This document shows, piece after piece, positions 16,015 to 34,111 of a DNA stretch of 64,000 nt. The notes under the pieces were generated by a model. It was not told the DNA's origin and searched no databases. It saw only the letters and a list, made by a program, of their open reading frames with translations. Positions within the stretch are counted from its first letter, which is position 1. The number at the start of each line of letters is the position of its first letter. The position numbers and the translations under genes are program-made. The stretch is from Eledone cirrhosa (taxonomy: Eukaryota), in contig CAXHJY010001577.1 in the NCBI GenBank assembly GCA_964016885.1, forward strand, positions 1 to 64,000. The letters run 5' to 3'.

Positions 16015-16129
16015 CAGTATTCCGATGATTTGATCAGAGACGCACACTGTAATTAAGGTCGAGTGACGTAATTTCTAGCGACCAGTAGCCTTTAGACTCA
16101 CATGATTAATGAAACAATTGTCAATACTG
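16015..16129 (+). ncRNA. Type I HHR variant with long stem II insertion
   Basis: Stem I cagtatt/aatactg, core CCGATGA, stem II base ttgatca/tgattaa, GAAAC-aatt-GTC (palindromic ACAATTGT). Family recurs inverted at ~44545-44808. Confidence 0.65.
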
Positions 16130-16175
16130 TAAATAAATCCTTTTTGTACAGCCGACCATGTTATTCTTCACTCTT

Positions 16176-16211
<36 letters not shown>

Positions 16212-16217
<6 letters not shown>

Positions 16218-16505
16218 AAAAAGAGATGAAATCGAAAATGCAACTGAAGTCTTATTTTTTTTAAAAATATATATATATTTATTTGGTTCCTTTACCGGTT
16301 GTGAGAAAAACCACAGACCCTCCATCTCAACTCACCTTTTGAAAAGCAGAAGAACTGCGAAACCGGTAAAGGAACCAAATAAATATATATATATTTAAAA
16401 AAAAAATAAGACTTCAGTTGCATTTTCGATTTCATCTCTTTTTCTTTATACTTCCACTCGTGTAGGACACCTCGGTTATTTTTCATTTTGTAAAAAAAAC
16501 CTCAC

Positions 16506-16513
<8 letters not shown>
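16212..16513 (+). mobile_element. Fold-back HHR element (UUGAAAA family); further copies at ~54255-54585, 54758-54998 and 60818-61082
   Basis: 16212-16300 is the reverse complement of ~16361-16450; ends aaacctcactttctaata(ta)n. Confidence 0.75.
16335..16372 (+). ncRNA. Minimal HHR, U3-A8 core variant
   Basis: cctt-TTGAAAA-gcag(aagaa)ctgc-GAAAC-CG-GTA-aagg; palindromic stem III ACCGGT. Copies at 54473-54510(+), 54898-54935(-), 60957-60994(-). Confidence 0.7.
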
Positions 16514-16547
<34 letters not shown>

Positions 16548-16550
<3 letters not shown>

Positions 16551-17204
16551 GGAATACTGTTGGCTTTTCGCTACAATGTTTTCTATACCTTTCATTTAGA
16601 TATTTATACTCGCATTTCTTTCCTAGAGTGCTTAAATTATTTGTGACTAATCCCGGTATTTTTTAATAAAAAACCGCGATAATATTGCTTTTTGCTGAAC
16701 TCCTTATTGTAGAGTTTTTTTCGTAATGTTTTTTTGACTGTTGTTTCTTGTAAACAAACATTCGTCTCATTCTGACGTCACCAGCCCTGTCTTTCCACAT
16801 GTGCGTTTTATTTTTCATAATCACGCATGATGGTGAACTAGCCTGTTTTTAAATTACCTTTTTGGCATATAAATCTGTGAGAATCTTGGTTATCGAGTTG
16901 AGCTCTGCTGAGGATCGAATTCCAACCGTGACCATCTCCACTGAAAGTTTTCGTGAAATAGTCTTTAAGACTATACAGAGCATTTGAAGTTTTTCCAAAT
17001 TGAAGGATGAGTATTTAAACTGTATTTTATCATGAGTTAAGGCTCTATTGATTTTTCCCTGGATTTCACTAAATTCTGTGGATGAATCTATATCCTGATT
17101 CTCTTTGAGATGAGTTTGAACTATTTTTCCCATTTTGACGCTATAGTCACTTATATAATATGGAATACTGTTGGCTTTTCGCTACAATGTTTTCTATACC
17201 TTTC

Positions 17205-17209
<5 letters not shown>
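16548..17209 (+). mobile_element. 611-bp terminally redundant HHR element (relative of 4801-5493)
   Basis: 16548-16598 repeats at 17159-17209; flanked by (TA)n. Confidence 0.75.
16902..16981 (+). ncRNA. Type I hammerhead ribozyme
   Basis: gctctg-CTGAGGA-t-cgaa...ttcg-t-GAAA-tagtctttaagacta-TA-cagagc; a stem II pair changes T-A to C-G relative to the 5131 copy. Confidence 0.8.
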
Positions 17210-17284
<75 letters not shown>

Positions 17285-18499
17285 TAGCAAAGAAATAGAT
17301 TACCAAGGCTCAATAATTAATACATTATTTATTTGATTTACACACGTTTCTTGTTTCTTTCTATAAACATGTTCTTCACTTTGTAGAGAGATCGTCAAGA
17401 TCAATTGTATATAACATATTTAAATGTGTTTAATTACAGACAGATGTATGTACGTACAAGCATGGTTGTAGCGACAAATTTAAACAAAGTTTTTCTAAGG
17501 TTATGGAATGTTGGAATCGCCAGAATTATTTATTTAATGATACTTTTCTTAATAGTGACTGTGTCGGGTATTACCAGCACTCCTATTCTCATATCATATT
17601 AATATAATCTATGCCTGTCGTTAGTGTAAATATAATAGTATTTACTGAAGTGATAATCAAATTTGACCTCAGTATACAGTTTTATAAGCGTTAAGTTTAT
17701 ATCGATAGAAGCAGGTAGCGGGTAAAATTATCTAGTGGTTATCGGCGTTCATACACATACACACACATACACACACACATATACATGTCTTCATATTCGT
17801 AAGTACATACATATCTGAAAGCCTTACTGTTGTATTATCAACTTATAGAATTTACTTTCTCTCTATATATAGTATAAGCAGATTTTTTTTTTCCTTTCAA
17901 GAGAACTATTTTCATAATTGATTGCAGTAAAAAGTGCATCATTGTGGCGCAACCCTCTGCCCAACAATTTAGTACATGCAGAAAGAAAACGAATAATCTA
18001 TATAGAATAGATAAGTCAACCTATAATAGCATAACATACATATAGCTAAGAAAGAGCTACAAGAAAACTAATACAAACCTGAAAGTAATACTAGAATACT
18101 GGGCAGAGGTTTGTACATCAATGATGCATTTTTATTCTTATTCATCAAGAAAATAGTGCCATTTTAAACAACAGAAATTGATAACTAAATTCTGTAAAAT
18201 ATCAGTCCAAAGTGGACAAAACACATTAACCACTCGTAGATTAAAAACTACACACATCAAACAGTTGCGTAAACAGAAATACCACAGATGACACTGACAT
18301 AGTTAGAAACGATCCACCCAACAATGATATAGAATCTCTGAACAATCATGTGGTAGACAAAGTAGAGTATAAGGAAAGTCATCGAAGCTGCCTCTCGAGC
18401 AATAAGAGAACTATCAGTAGAAACATGACAACCGTTTGCAACGGGAGTAAACTAACGAATCGAACAAGGATACGTGCACTTCTGCACTTGCTTCCATGG

Positions 18500-18745
18500 A
18501 ACTCCATCCACATGTAGAGTGTACTGGGCAGGCCGTCTTGAGATGTGTTTGGAGTTAAGCTGGAAATTGATTCCAGATCAGCAAATAAAGTGTTCTGGTA
18601 GACCATCCGGTGTCTTTGTAATAAGACATCCTCCTCCACACCTGCTATCAGAAACGTGTCTGTGGTACTCCTCTCTTCAGGGAGGTGCACCCTCACGAGG
18701 TGGAGAGAATATTTTGCTGATCTCCTAAACCCGATCACAACAGTA
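18500..18745 (+). mobile_element. Short degenerate RTE-like LINE fragment
   Basis: Translation LTRWREYFADLLNP resembles the RWxExFxxLLN motif between LINE APE and RT. Confidence 0.55.
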
Positions 18746-19211
18746 TTTTCTGGAGGTATGAGTGTTTTAGGTCATTATTATATTTGGTGTAGAATATCTT
18801 ACTGCTATTTTGATAGGCATCATTTAAAGAAAAATATTTTCTTGTTTAAAGTATTGGATGATAGTTATGTTTAGTGTGAATATTATAAAATAGTTATCAG
18901 TTCTGTTGTAGGCATTTTAGATATTTGTATTGTAAAATGTATGTTTATCCACATATTGAAATTTTAACAAGAGGAAAATGGTAAGTATACTTGTGGTTAT
19001 TTATTACATTTTACAAATATATATATATATACTCTTTTACCTGTTCCAGCCATCCGGCTGAGGCCATGTATGTGCGCGCGCGCGTGTGTTTGTGTGTGTT
19101 TTGTGATTATATGTGTGTGTGTGTATATATATATATATATTTAATGTGTGTGAGTTATCTGCTCTATTTTTATTTCCTTTTGAGTTTGTATATTATATTT
19201 GCGTTTTCATA

Positions 19212-19381
19212 TCGGTAGAGGGTCGGACGCCATGCTTTCCAGCATAGTTACGTCCCTTTACGATCTGAGTTCAAATCCCGCCGAGGTTGACTTTGCCTTT
19301 CATCCTTACGGGGTCGATAAAATAAAGTACCAGTAATGCACTGGATAATTGCTGGCCTTGTGCCTAAAGTAGAAACAATTA
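19212..19381 (+). mobile_element. tRNA-derived SINE (octopus-like family)
   Basis: B-box-like gagttcaaatccc followed by ttgcctttcatccttacggggtcgataaaataaagtaccagt; multiple copies in the window. Confidence 0.8.
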
Positions 19382-20555
19382 TATATATATATATTTTTTT
19401 TGAATGGTGTTAGTTTCAGTATTAATATTTCGATAGTTTCAAGAGTATATTATGTTAAAATGAAACACATAGTATGCCTCTTTATGAGCTGAGTGTATGG
19501 TAACTTACATTCATACCTCTCAGATATATACTTCCATTGTTCCGAATTTGCTCTCTTTCAGTCTTTCCTATGTCATGATTTAATGATTTAGGGGATATAT
19601 TAAAATTATATATTTATTTACACTGACAAAAATCTCAAACCTCAATGCACATAAATCTGCATTCTCACACAGTTGTTAGGGATCAAATAAACAAGTAAAT
19701 AAAGATATTTAGAAAAATAAAACTATATAATGGGTTGATGAGAATATATTGTATGTCAGGTTAGTGTATGAATTAAAATATTTACAAGTTCATTTATGTT
19801 TGTGGGAGTTTATTATACCATAGATTCTAAGGTGGGGTTTATATAAAGAGGACTTCTTAGTTTCTGTTGTACTTAAACTACATGGCTTGTAGTTGCTGGC
19901 ATACGATTTAGCTCTTGTTAAAATTCCCCATTTTAAAGTATTCTGTGCAATGATGAGTTTAAATGTCTCAATATATATATAACCTTATATAAATGTAGCC
20001 TTCTTCATATTCTTAACATTTAAAGGTACTAAGATAAACACATATAAAAGAAACTGCACATGGCCACTGCAAACCTGGCATCTTCTTATATTTCTAATAA
20101 ATGCAACTGCCATTTACGAACTTCCTATTACAAACAACCATCATAAATTCCTTGACCTTTTAAACGTCAAATATCCACATAAAAATAACATATCCCACAT
20201 ACAATTTAATCATTTCATATACTGTCCCAAATAATTGCATTTGCTCCAATGTAGACACAACAGGACTAAACATAATAAAATATTTCAATTATCAACTTTT
20301 ACAATTATAAGCCCGTAAGAGAAACATAATCAGTACTTCTGTAACAATCTGCTATTATACTGGGTAATTGCTCGCCTTGTGCCTAACGTAGAAACAATTA
20401 TTTAAAATAACATTATGTAAATAACTCACCTTCAAGTAGTTGAGATCTGTTCTAAAAATTGAGTTACTCTTTTCTTAATTAATTCACCAAGCATCTCTCC
20501 CCATCTCTTTCACACAGAAACACACACATGCTCTCATATTGTTATTATTAGCGAC

Positions 20556-20745
20556 GGTGGATTGGCAGTATCGGTAGAGAGTCGGACACCATGCTTTGAC
20601 ACATAGAGTTACGGCCCTTTCCATTCTAGGTTCAAATGCCGTCGAGATTAACTTTGCCATTCATCCTTACGGGGTCGATAAAATAAAGTACCAGTAATGC
20701 ACTGGTATAATTGCTGGCCTTGTGCCAAACGTAGAAACAATTATT
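20556..20745 (+). mobile_element. tRNA-derived SINE, same family (diverged copy at ~21071-21232)
   Basis: A-box-like tggcagtatcgg, B-box-like ggttcaaatgcc, same core and tail. Confidence 0.8.
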
Positions 20746-21533
20746 TGCGATATTCTGTATATTATCTATAAACATTGTGTCTTTACAGTCTCTGCATTAG
20801 TAAAGCATGTCACTTGTCTTTAACCCATACATTTATTAAATTATGTATTTTAATATAGCAATACATACTCTAATGGAGTTAACTAATTATTGTCTCTCAA
20901 TTCATAATTATTACTCATTCCGTTAATATTATACACGTTTTCACTTTAATATATATCAGACATTTTATGCATTTCTTTCTCTCAATTCTGTGCATTCACT
21001 TAGACAAATATAACGTTATCGTCATTTAAAACTTAGCATTTGTTTTTAATGGCTATTATTAAAGTATTTTGGCAGTGGACTGGCATTATCGGTAGAGCGT
21101 CGGACAGCATACTTTGTCTTTCATCCTTACGGGATTGATGAAATATAGTGCCAGCAACGTACTGGGTTGATTTAATCAACCTTCCCTATCGCCCAAATTG
21201 TTGGCCTTCTGCCTAAATCAGAGCCCATTATTGAAGTGTGCTATTTAAAAAAAAATCATGTAATTATGATTTTATTTATATTATTTATTTGTATATATTA
21301 TGGACTATTTCATAACACAAAATTAACTAGGATACATTTTTAATAACGAATAGCTTGACTCGATGCTCAGACTATAATATACAGACCCAAATCTACATTA
21401 TTCATGGCAAGGTTTTTAACCTTAGTATTTCTCACTTATATTTTCCTATCATCCCTGCAGAAACGTATTAGAAGAATATGATGTCTTAACTTTTAATTTT
21501 GTCTATTCGTCCGTTATTTTATTTACATATATG

Positions 21534-21592
<59 letters not shown>

Positions 21593-21997
21593 CACACGCA
21601 CACGCACACACACATATATATTAAGGTGTTAGCTCTAGCATAGCTGTATACAGTGGTGGACTGGCCAGGTTGCCCGATGGCAAGTGGGCGCCAGGGGGCC
21701 CACGGTAGCATTGCAGGGCTCATCGTAGAAATTTAGGCGCAAATGCTTTGCTTTAAAAAAATAACTGAAATCTAACAGAAAGAATAAAATGTTTTTTAAA
21801 ATAAATAAAACAATTAATCAAAGCATTTGGTGAACACATTCCACAGGGAATTAATATAAACCAAAATATATGATAGTGCAAGTAGCTGGAATGAGTGGTT
21901 GTACTTTCTACTAAATATAAAGATTAGTGTATTCATTCATGCATGCAAAAATACATATATAGACACAGGCACACAAGCATATATATATATATATATA

Positions 21998-22718
21998 AAC
22001 GGAAAAAATGAAACGAAATTTTATTTCTCACACTTAGTACGGCTGTTATTTAAATATAAGTATGTATACGTAGATACATATATTTATACAGACGTACAGT
22101 AGTATGTATATATATATACATACATGCACACACATATATATATGTACGTATGGATTCACCGAACATTTATTATAATGCTCGGTGTGTTTAAACAAACAAC
22201 TCGAATTAAGCCGTACAGTGTCTAGCCACCATCGTTGCTCATTTGTTCAAAACTGACAAAGGAACGCTGTACTAGTTTCAAGCTTATTAGCTATCGTCAG
22301 CAACGTATACCTTCCTGCCAGATGGTTGAACGTCTGAAAGTATATACTTTCCTTATGCATATTAACGGCTGAGCAGCCTAATTTGCATATCGAGTGAGTT
22401 AATCGGCCGGGGTACCGAAAACGATAAACGGAAAAAATGAAACGAAATTTCATTTCTCACTGATAGTACGGCTGTTACTTAAATATAAGTATGTATACGT
22501 ACATAAATATATGTATACAGACGTACAGTAGTATGTATATATACATACATATATGTACGTATGGATTCACCGAACATTTATTATAATGCTCGGTGTGTTT
22601 GTAAACAAACAACCCGAATTAAGCCGTACAGTGTCTAGCAACCAATGTTGCTCATTTGTTCAAAACTGACAAAGGAACGCTGTACTAGTTTCAAGCTTAT
22701 TAGCTATCGTCAGCAACG
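21998..22718 (-). repeat. 413-bp HHR-bearing tandem (~1.7 units)
   Basis: Unit duplicated (HHRs at 22265 and 22678); minus-strand 3' end runs into (TA)n. Confidence 0.85.
22265..22305 (-). ncRNA. Minimal type I HHR (second copy 22678-22718)
   Basis: Minus strand: cgttg-CTGACGA-t-agct(aata)agct-t-GAAAC-TA-GTA-cagcg; palindromic stem III ACTAGT. Confidence 0.8.
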
Positions 22719-26793
<4,075 letters not shown>

Positions 26794-26811
26794 ATATACC
26801 TATATATATAC

Positions 26812-26896
<85 letters not shown>

Positions 26897-26927
26897 CATA
26901 TATATATATACATATATATATATATAC

Positions 26928-27156
<229 letters not shown>

Positions 27157-27304
27157 TATATGAAAAGTGTAAGTTTCTACACAAAACGAAGGTTATAGAG
27201 AAAATTGAGGTTGGTAATGGCACATGGAATATATAAGAGACAGAATACTTTTTTGTGAAAAAACATAATTTTATAAGGTAAGAAAATAATAAAGGGTATA
27301 AAAA

Positions 27305-27346
27305 ATGACCGGTTTCGATGGGTCTGCAAAAGCCATCTTTTCAAAT
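27305..27346 (-). ncRNA. Minimal HHR (U3-A8 variant) in the putative Neptune 3' pLTR
   Basis: Minus strand: TTGAAAA-gatgg...ccatc-GAAAC-CG-GTC; stem I weak (2 bp plus mismatches). Confidence 0.55.
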
Positions 27347-27699
27347 GTTGATTAATATTAAGAAAAATTAATAATACGAAGAGTTAAAATTTGAGACTTG
27401 AAAATTCAAGTATAAAATTCATTGTGGGATTTCATAGCAGTTTTCATCTAGGTAGCAACAACAGGTTGACTGCTGTGTCCCTTTCAGGTAGTGAATGAGA
27501 AGTTATTTGGGGTGTGGGTTATTTTATAAAGGTCAGATTTAGCAATCGCCAGCTGCTGGTCAGTGAGGGGGTGGAAGCAATATACACACACATATATCTT
27601 CCTGTGATGGGTAGGAGAGTGGAGCGTGATAGAAAAGGATTTAGTGCACTTACACCTATATATACACACATACCTTCATCCACACATACATACATATAC

Positions 27700-27742
<43 letters not shown>

Positions 27743-27811
27743 CACACATACATACACACACACATACATATACATACACACATACACACACACACACATA
27801 TATATACACAT

Positions 27812-27864
<53 letters not shown>

Positions 27865-27903
27865 TATATATACATACACATACATCCAGATACACACATA
27901 CAT

Positions 27904-27969
<66 letters not shown>

Positions 27970-28577
27970 CCACACATACATACACACACACATATATATA
28001 TACATACACACATACAAACATACACACACACACACACACACATATATATACACACATACACACACATATATATACACACACACACACACACACGCATATA
28101 TATATATATATACACATACGCATACATCCAGATACCCACATACATACACACACACACACACACACACGCACACACAATACATACATCCACATGCACACAC
28201 ATACTCACACACACACACACACACATACATACACCCACACACAGAGAAATGGCCTTCAAATATATATATATATATATACATACAGACACATATATTTTTT
28301 CCATAATATAAGAAGTTGGGGCAGTGAAATTAAAATACAAGTCATTCTGATCACATTGAGTTCTTCATGTAGATTGGGCCCCGCAACCGACAGTGGTGAA
28401 TTCTGTGTGCGCATATATATATAGATATATGTGTGTGCACGTGCAGGGTTTAACATGGATGTATTGGTCACACAAAGGCATGGTCTGTCAATGAATAAAC
28501 CTGATTCTACAGAATTGGTCTCTGGTCTTTAATAGTAGTGATTCCGTGCGTATGTGTGTTTATATTTTATGACAATT

Positions 28578-30860
28578 CTATTGGGGTGATAACCCGTTTA
28601 GTTTTGGTTTAAATTTGTTAAGGAATAGATTTTCTTTGTTTATTCTTTGTTGTTGTGTGAACGAATCTGAGCACTTGTAGAAGGGGAAGATTTTAAAGTT
28701 GGGTAGTGTCATTCCTGCGCAGTTCGCAATATGGCTGCTCAAGGGGATTTTTCTTGTGTTAGCGTCCCGGATTTGTTGGCGGTGGATGGTCATTCTTTTG
28801 CGTAATGAGGTGCCCGTCTGTCCTATGTAGTTGTGTTTGCACCCACCGCAAGTTATTGCGTAAATCAAGTTCTCCGAGTTGCAGGTGAAATTGTTTTTTA
28901 CTGTAAATGTTTGGCCATCTTTGAATGTAAATGTTTGTCCTTCAGTGAGGTAGAGGCACGTTCCACAGTTTGTTCTACCACATTTGGTAACTGTAGGGTT
29001 GAGGATTGGTTTGGGTATATTTGGTCCAGTGAGAATGCGTTTAAGTGATTTGGGTTGTCTTTTACTTTTAAGGATCTTGTGTGTTTCAAGAATAGACTTA
29101 ATTTTTACATCTTTAAGTAGGATGGGGAGGTTTTTGTGTAGGTGATCAAACATTTCGGTATTTCTGGGGTTGAAAGTGGATACATATGGCAGGGTGTTGA
29201 GTGTGGTTTTCTGTTTTGGATTGTTAAGTTGATGGGGATTTAGGTGTTTTGCCCTGTCTATTCCATTGTTGATTATTTCAAGTGGAAAGGCTCTTAAGAT
29301 AAGGGTGTCTTTTAGTTCCTTTAGTCTTTGCTCCCGTTTAGGTGGATCTGATACTATGGTACATATACGTTTGGCCAAATTGTAAGGAATGTTAAGTTTT
29401 GTATGTTTTGGGTGACTTGATGTGAAAAAGAGGTATTGCTTGGAATCTGTGGGTTTATAGAATATATCTGTATCTAATTTCCCGTCTATTACAGAGATGA
29501 GAATATCCAAGAAGGCTAATTCCTTAGGATTGGATTCCATTGTGAATTGTATGTTATTATCTATGTTGTTTATCATGTTTTTAAACGTAGTAAGTGAGTT
29601 CATGTCTTCTTGCCATAGGATAAAGCAGTCGTCTAGATATCTTTTCCAATTGGCTTTGAGGTGTGTGTGGAAAGAGTCTCCAAATAAGAGAAGGGACTGA
29701 CTGTATATTTGTTGTTCATGGAATCCCATGACTAGGTTGGCATATGTGGGTGCTACTTTCGTGCCCATTGCCGTACCTGATACTTGTCTGTATGTTGAAC
29801 CATTGAATGTGAAGTAGTTATTTTGTAGGATAAAGCGGAGTCCGTCAGTGATAAAATCTGTGTTGATGCGTGTCGGTATTTCTGATGGGTGTGTGTTAAG
29901 CCAGTATTGGACTGCTGTTATTCCATAGTTGTGAGGTATGTTTGTGTAGAGGTTTATTACGTCAAAGGAGACAAGAATTGTATTTGCACTTACTGTTTTA
30001 GGGAGGTGTTTCAGCATGTCAAGGTCATCTCGTATGTAGCTCTGTATATGTTGTAGAAAGGGTTTCAGTAGGATGTCCAGAAAGTTGCTAAGTCTGTGGG
30101 TTTCACATGTAGGGCCTGCTATAATTGGCCTGAGTTTTAGGTCTTCTGGTGGTGTTAGTTCAATGTAATTGTTGGTTGAGGTGTCACATGCATCGTTTAT
30201 GGGTTTACATTTGTGAAGTTTCGGTAAGCCATAAAAAGAGCTTGTATTGCATTTGAAGTGGCTTATATAGTTAAACTCTTTTGTGGTTAAGCTGTTGCGG
30301 TATTTATTCAGTAAGGTCAAAAGGTTCCCCATTGTTTTGGTGTGTTTGTAGTTTTCTGTTTTTTCATAGTATGTGTTGTTTTCTAAAATGTTAAGTGCGA
30401 GGGTCCTATAGTAGTCCGTATTCATAATCACAACAGTACTGCCTTTATCGACTTCTTTGATAGTTATCTCAGGGTTGTTTCTAAGTGTGAATAATTCTTC
30501 CCATTCGTGTGTAGATAGGTTTGATTTCGTGTGTTTATTTGTAATTTTTTCATAGGGAAAGTTGGTGATGTGTTCGCAGTACGTGTCCAGTGCTTTATTT
30601 CTTCCCTTTTGTGGGCAGAAATTGCTTTTATTTCTAACCAGTGATTCGTCTTCAGTGTTGGTGTCGTTGTGGAAGAATTCCGTTAGTCGCAGCTTTCGGC
30701 AGTATTCCATGATGTCATCCTTCATTTCGGGGAAGTTTGGTTTACGTGGTGTAGGTGTAAATTTCAGGCCCTTACTTAAAATGTTGATTTGTGTGTTGGT
30801 TAGAGGTGTCTTTGAGAGGTTGATTATTTTTGGTTTCTCCTGAGGGGGGGGGGGGGCCAT
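28578..30860 (-). CDS. PLE reverse transcriptase + GIY-YIG endonuclease (Neptune-type), 760 aa uninterrupted
   Basis: [69 protein letters not shown], Cys motif [38 protein letters not shown]. Confidence 0.95.
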   Translation of the reverse strand: MAPPPPQEKPKIINLSKTPLTNTQINILSKGLKFTPTPRKPNFPEMKDDIMEYCRKLRLTEFFHNDTNTEDESLVRNKSNFCPQKGRNKALDTYCEHITNFPYEKITNKHTKSNLSTHEWEELFTLRNNPEITIKEVDKGSTVVIMNTDYYRTLALNILENNTYYEKTENYKHTKTMGNLLTLLNKYRNSLTTKEFNYISHFKCNTSSFYGLPKLHKCKPINDACDTSTNNYIELTPPEDLKLRPIIAGPTCETHRLSNFLDILLKPFLQHIQSYIRDDLDMLKHLPKTVSANTILVSFDVINLYTNIPHNYGITAVQYWLNTHPSEIPTRINTDFITDGLRFILQNNYFTFNGSTYRQVSGTAMGTKVAPTYANLVMGFHEQQIYSQSLLLFGDSFHTHLKANWKRYLDDCFILWQEDMNSLTTFKNMINNIDNNIQFTMESNPKELAFLDILISVIDGKLDTDIFYKPTDSKQYLFFTSSHPKHTKLNIPYNLAKRICTIVSDPPKREQRLKELKDTLILRAFPLEIINNGIDRAKHLNPHQLNNPKQKTTLNTLPYVSTFNPRNTEMFDHLHKNLPILLKDVKIKSILETHKILKSKRQPKSLKRILTGPNIPKPILNPTVTKCGRTNCGTCLYLTEGQTFTFKDGQTFTVKNNFTCNSENLIYAITCGGCKHNYIGQTGTSLRKRMTIHRQQIRDANTRKIPLSSHIANCAGMTLPNFKIFPFYKCSDSFTQQQRINKENLFLNKFKPKLNGLSPQ

Positions 30861-31955
30861 CGAGTATCCTGGTATTTCAGGCTTTTCCCTAAAAAAGGAA
30901 TGTAGTTTTGTGTGTGATTATATTTTGTTGGTCTGTTGCGTGTGGGTCTGTAGCTTGTTGTTTCATGAGGGTGAATGTGATGGTGGGGGTGGTATGTGTT
31001 GTGGTTGTTGATGAGCAAGGGTTCTGTTGTTGGTTCATGTGGTCTGGGTGCGTTATTTCTGTGGTACAGAGTGTTGAGGCTGGGGGGTTGTCTTTTGTTG
31101 GATTGAGGGTGATGTCTGGTGTGGTTGTGGGTAAGTTCTGTTGTGATTTCAAGTGGCCTGGGTGGATTTCTTCTGAGGAATGTGGTGTGTGTGTTGTGAG
31201 TTGGATCTATGTTATTTCGTCGTTGGTTTATGTAGGGGGCATTTCTACGGAAACCTGTGTTGTGGTGGTTGGGTGTGTTTCTTTTGGTGTAGTTGGCCGT
31301 ATTTGGTTTGTGTTGGTGGGGGATGTGCCTGTGGTTAGTGTGTGTTGGGTTTGGTGGTGTAAATGTGTCTGTTGTAGTTCTTGTTATGTTCAAATGCTTT
31401 ATAAAGGGGTTACCTGTTTGGTGCGTCCTTTTAAAGTCTTCTTCATATTTGAGGAACCAGTTTTCGGATTTTTCCCACCGTTTAAGGGAAATAGTTTCTG
31501 CATTCTCGCAGTCCTGTTTCCACGATTTGATTAAATTTTGTAGGGTTGTTCCCTCGGCCTTTTTAGTGCATTCTTCCTCCATATTTTTATCAGTATCCTT
31601 ATACACTTGCTCGTTTGAGGTGGCCCTTAATTTTAGGAGTTCTATTTCCATGTTTATACTGTTGAGTGACATTTGTTCACGGAGTTTTCTTTCTGGTTCA
31701 GGTTCGTTTGTAATATGCTTTATTTGGAATTTACGTGGTAAAACTATCGGTGTTGAGTTAATCCATTTTTGGTAAATTCCAGCTTTGTTGAGGTTTTTTA
31801 TCATATTCCAGAAAGTGAATTTTCTGGTTTTTAGATGTTTTTTCCAGAGGTGTCCCATTTGGTTTTTGATATGGAGCAATGTCGTTTGTTCTGTGTTGGT
31901 ATTCATAAGTTTTTCGATGGAGTTGCATACGTTTTGAACGTTTAAATAAATTTGG
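30824..31955 (-). CDS. Upstream ORF1 of the PLE (5'-truncated; helical/charged region plus His/Thr/Asn/Pro-rich tail)
   Basis: Non-repetitive ~375-codon part of ORF 30824-32749; overlaps the RT ORF, which lies in the -1 frame. Confidence 0.7.
30890..30896 (-). promoter_or_regulatory. Candidate -1 ribosomal frameshift slippery site U_UUU_UUA
   Basis: CCT TTT TTA GGG is in ORF1 phase; a -1 slip gives [21 protein letters not shown], in frame with the RT ORF. Confidence 0.65.
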
Positions 31956-31959
31956 TTGT

Positions 31960-33900
<1,941 letters not shown>

Positions 33901-34111
33901 ATATTTCCTCTCCCAATCAGCATAATCAACCACACAAAAAACCAATTAAACCACGCTATAGGATTAAAAGACACCTATGAAGAAATAATAGATAAATAAA
34001 CGACAGCTATCTATTCGCGATCAACAACTATAGAATATTTACCCAGTATTTCTAATAGCACGTGGAAATCAATTAAATATATCGTCAACCATACACATAT
34101 ATATATATATA

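Noticed and set aside
18280-18320. CAGATGA...GAAACGATC HHR-like string
   Set aside because: Mutated core, no NUH and no stem I pairing.
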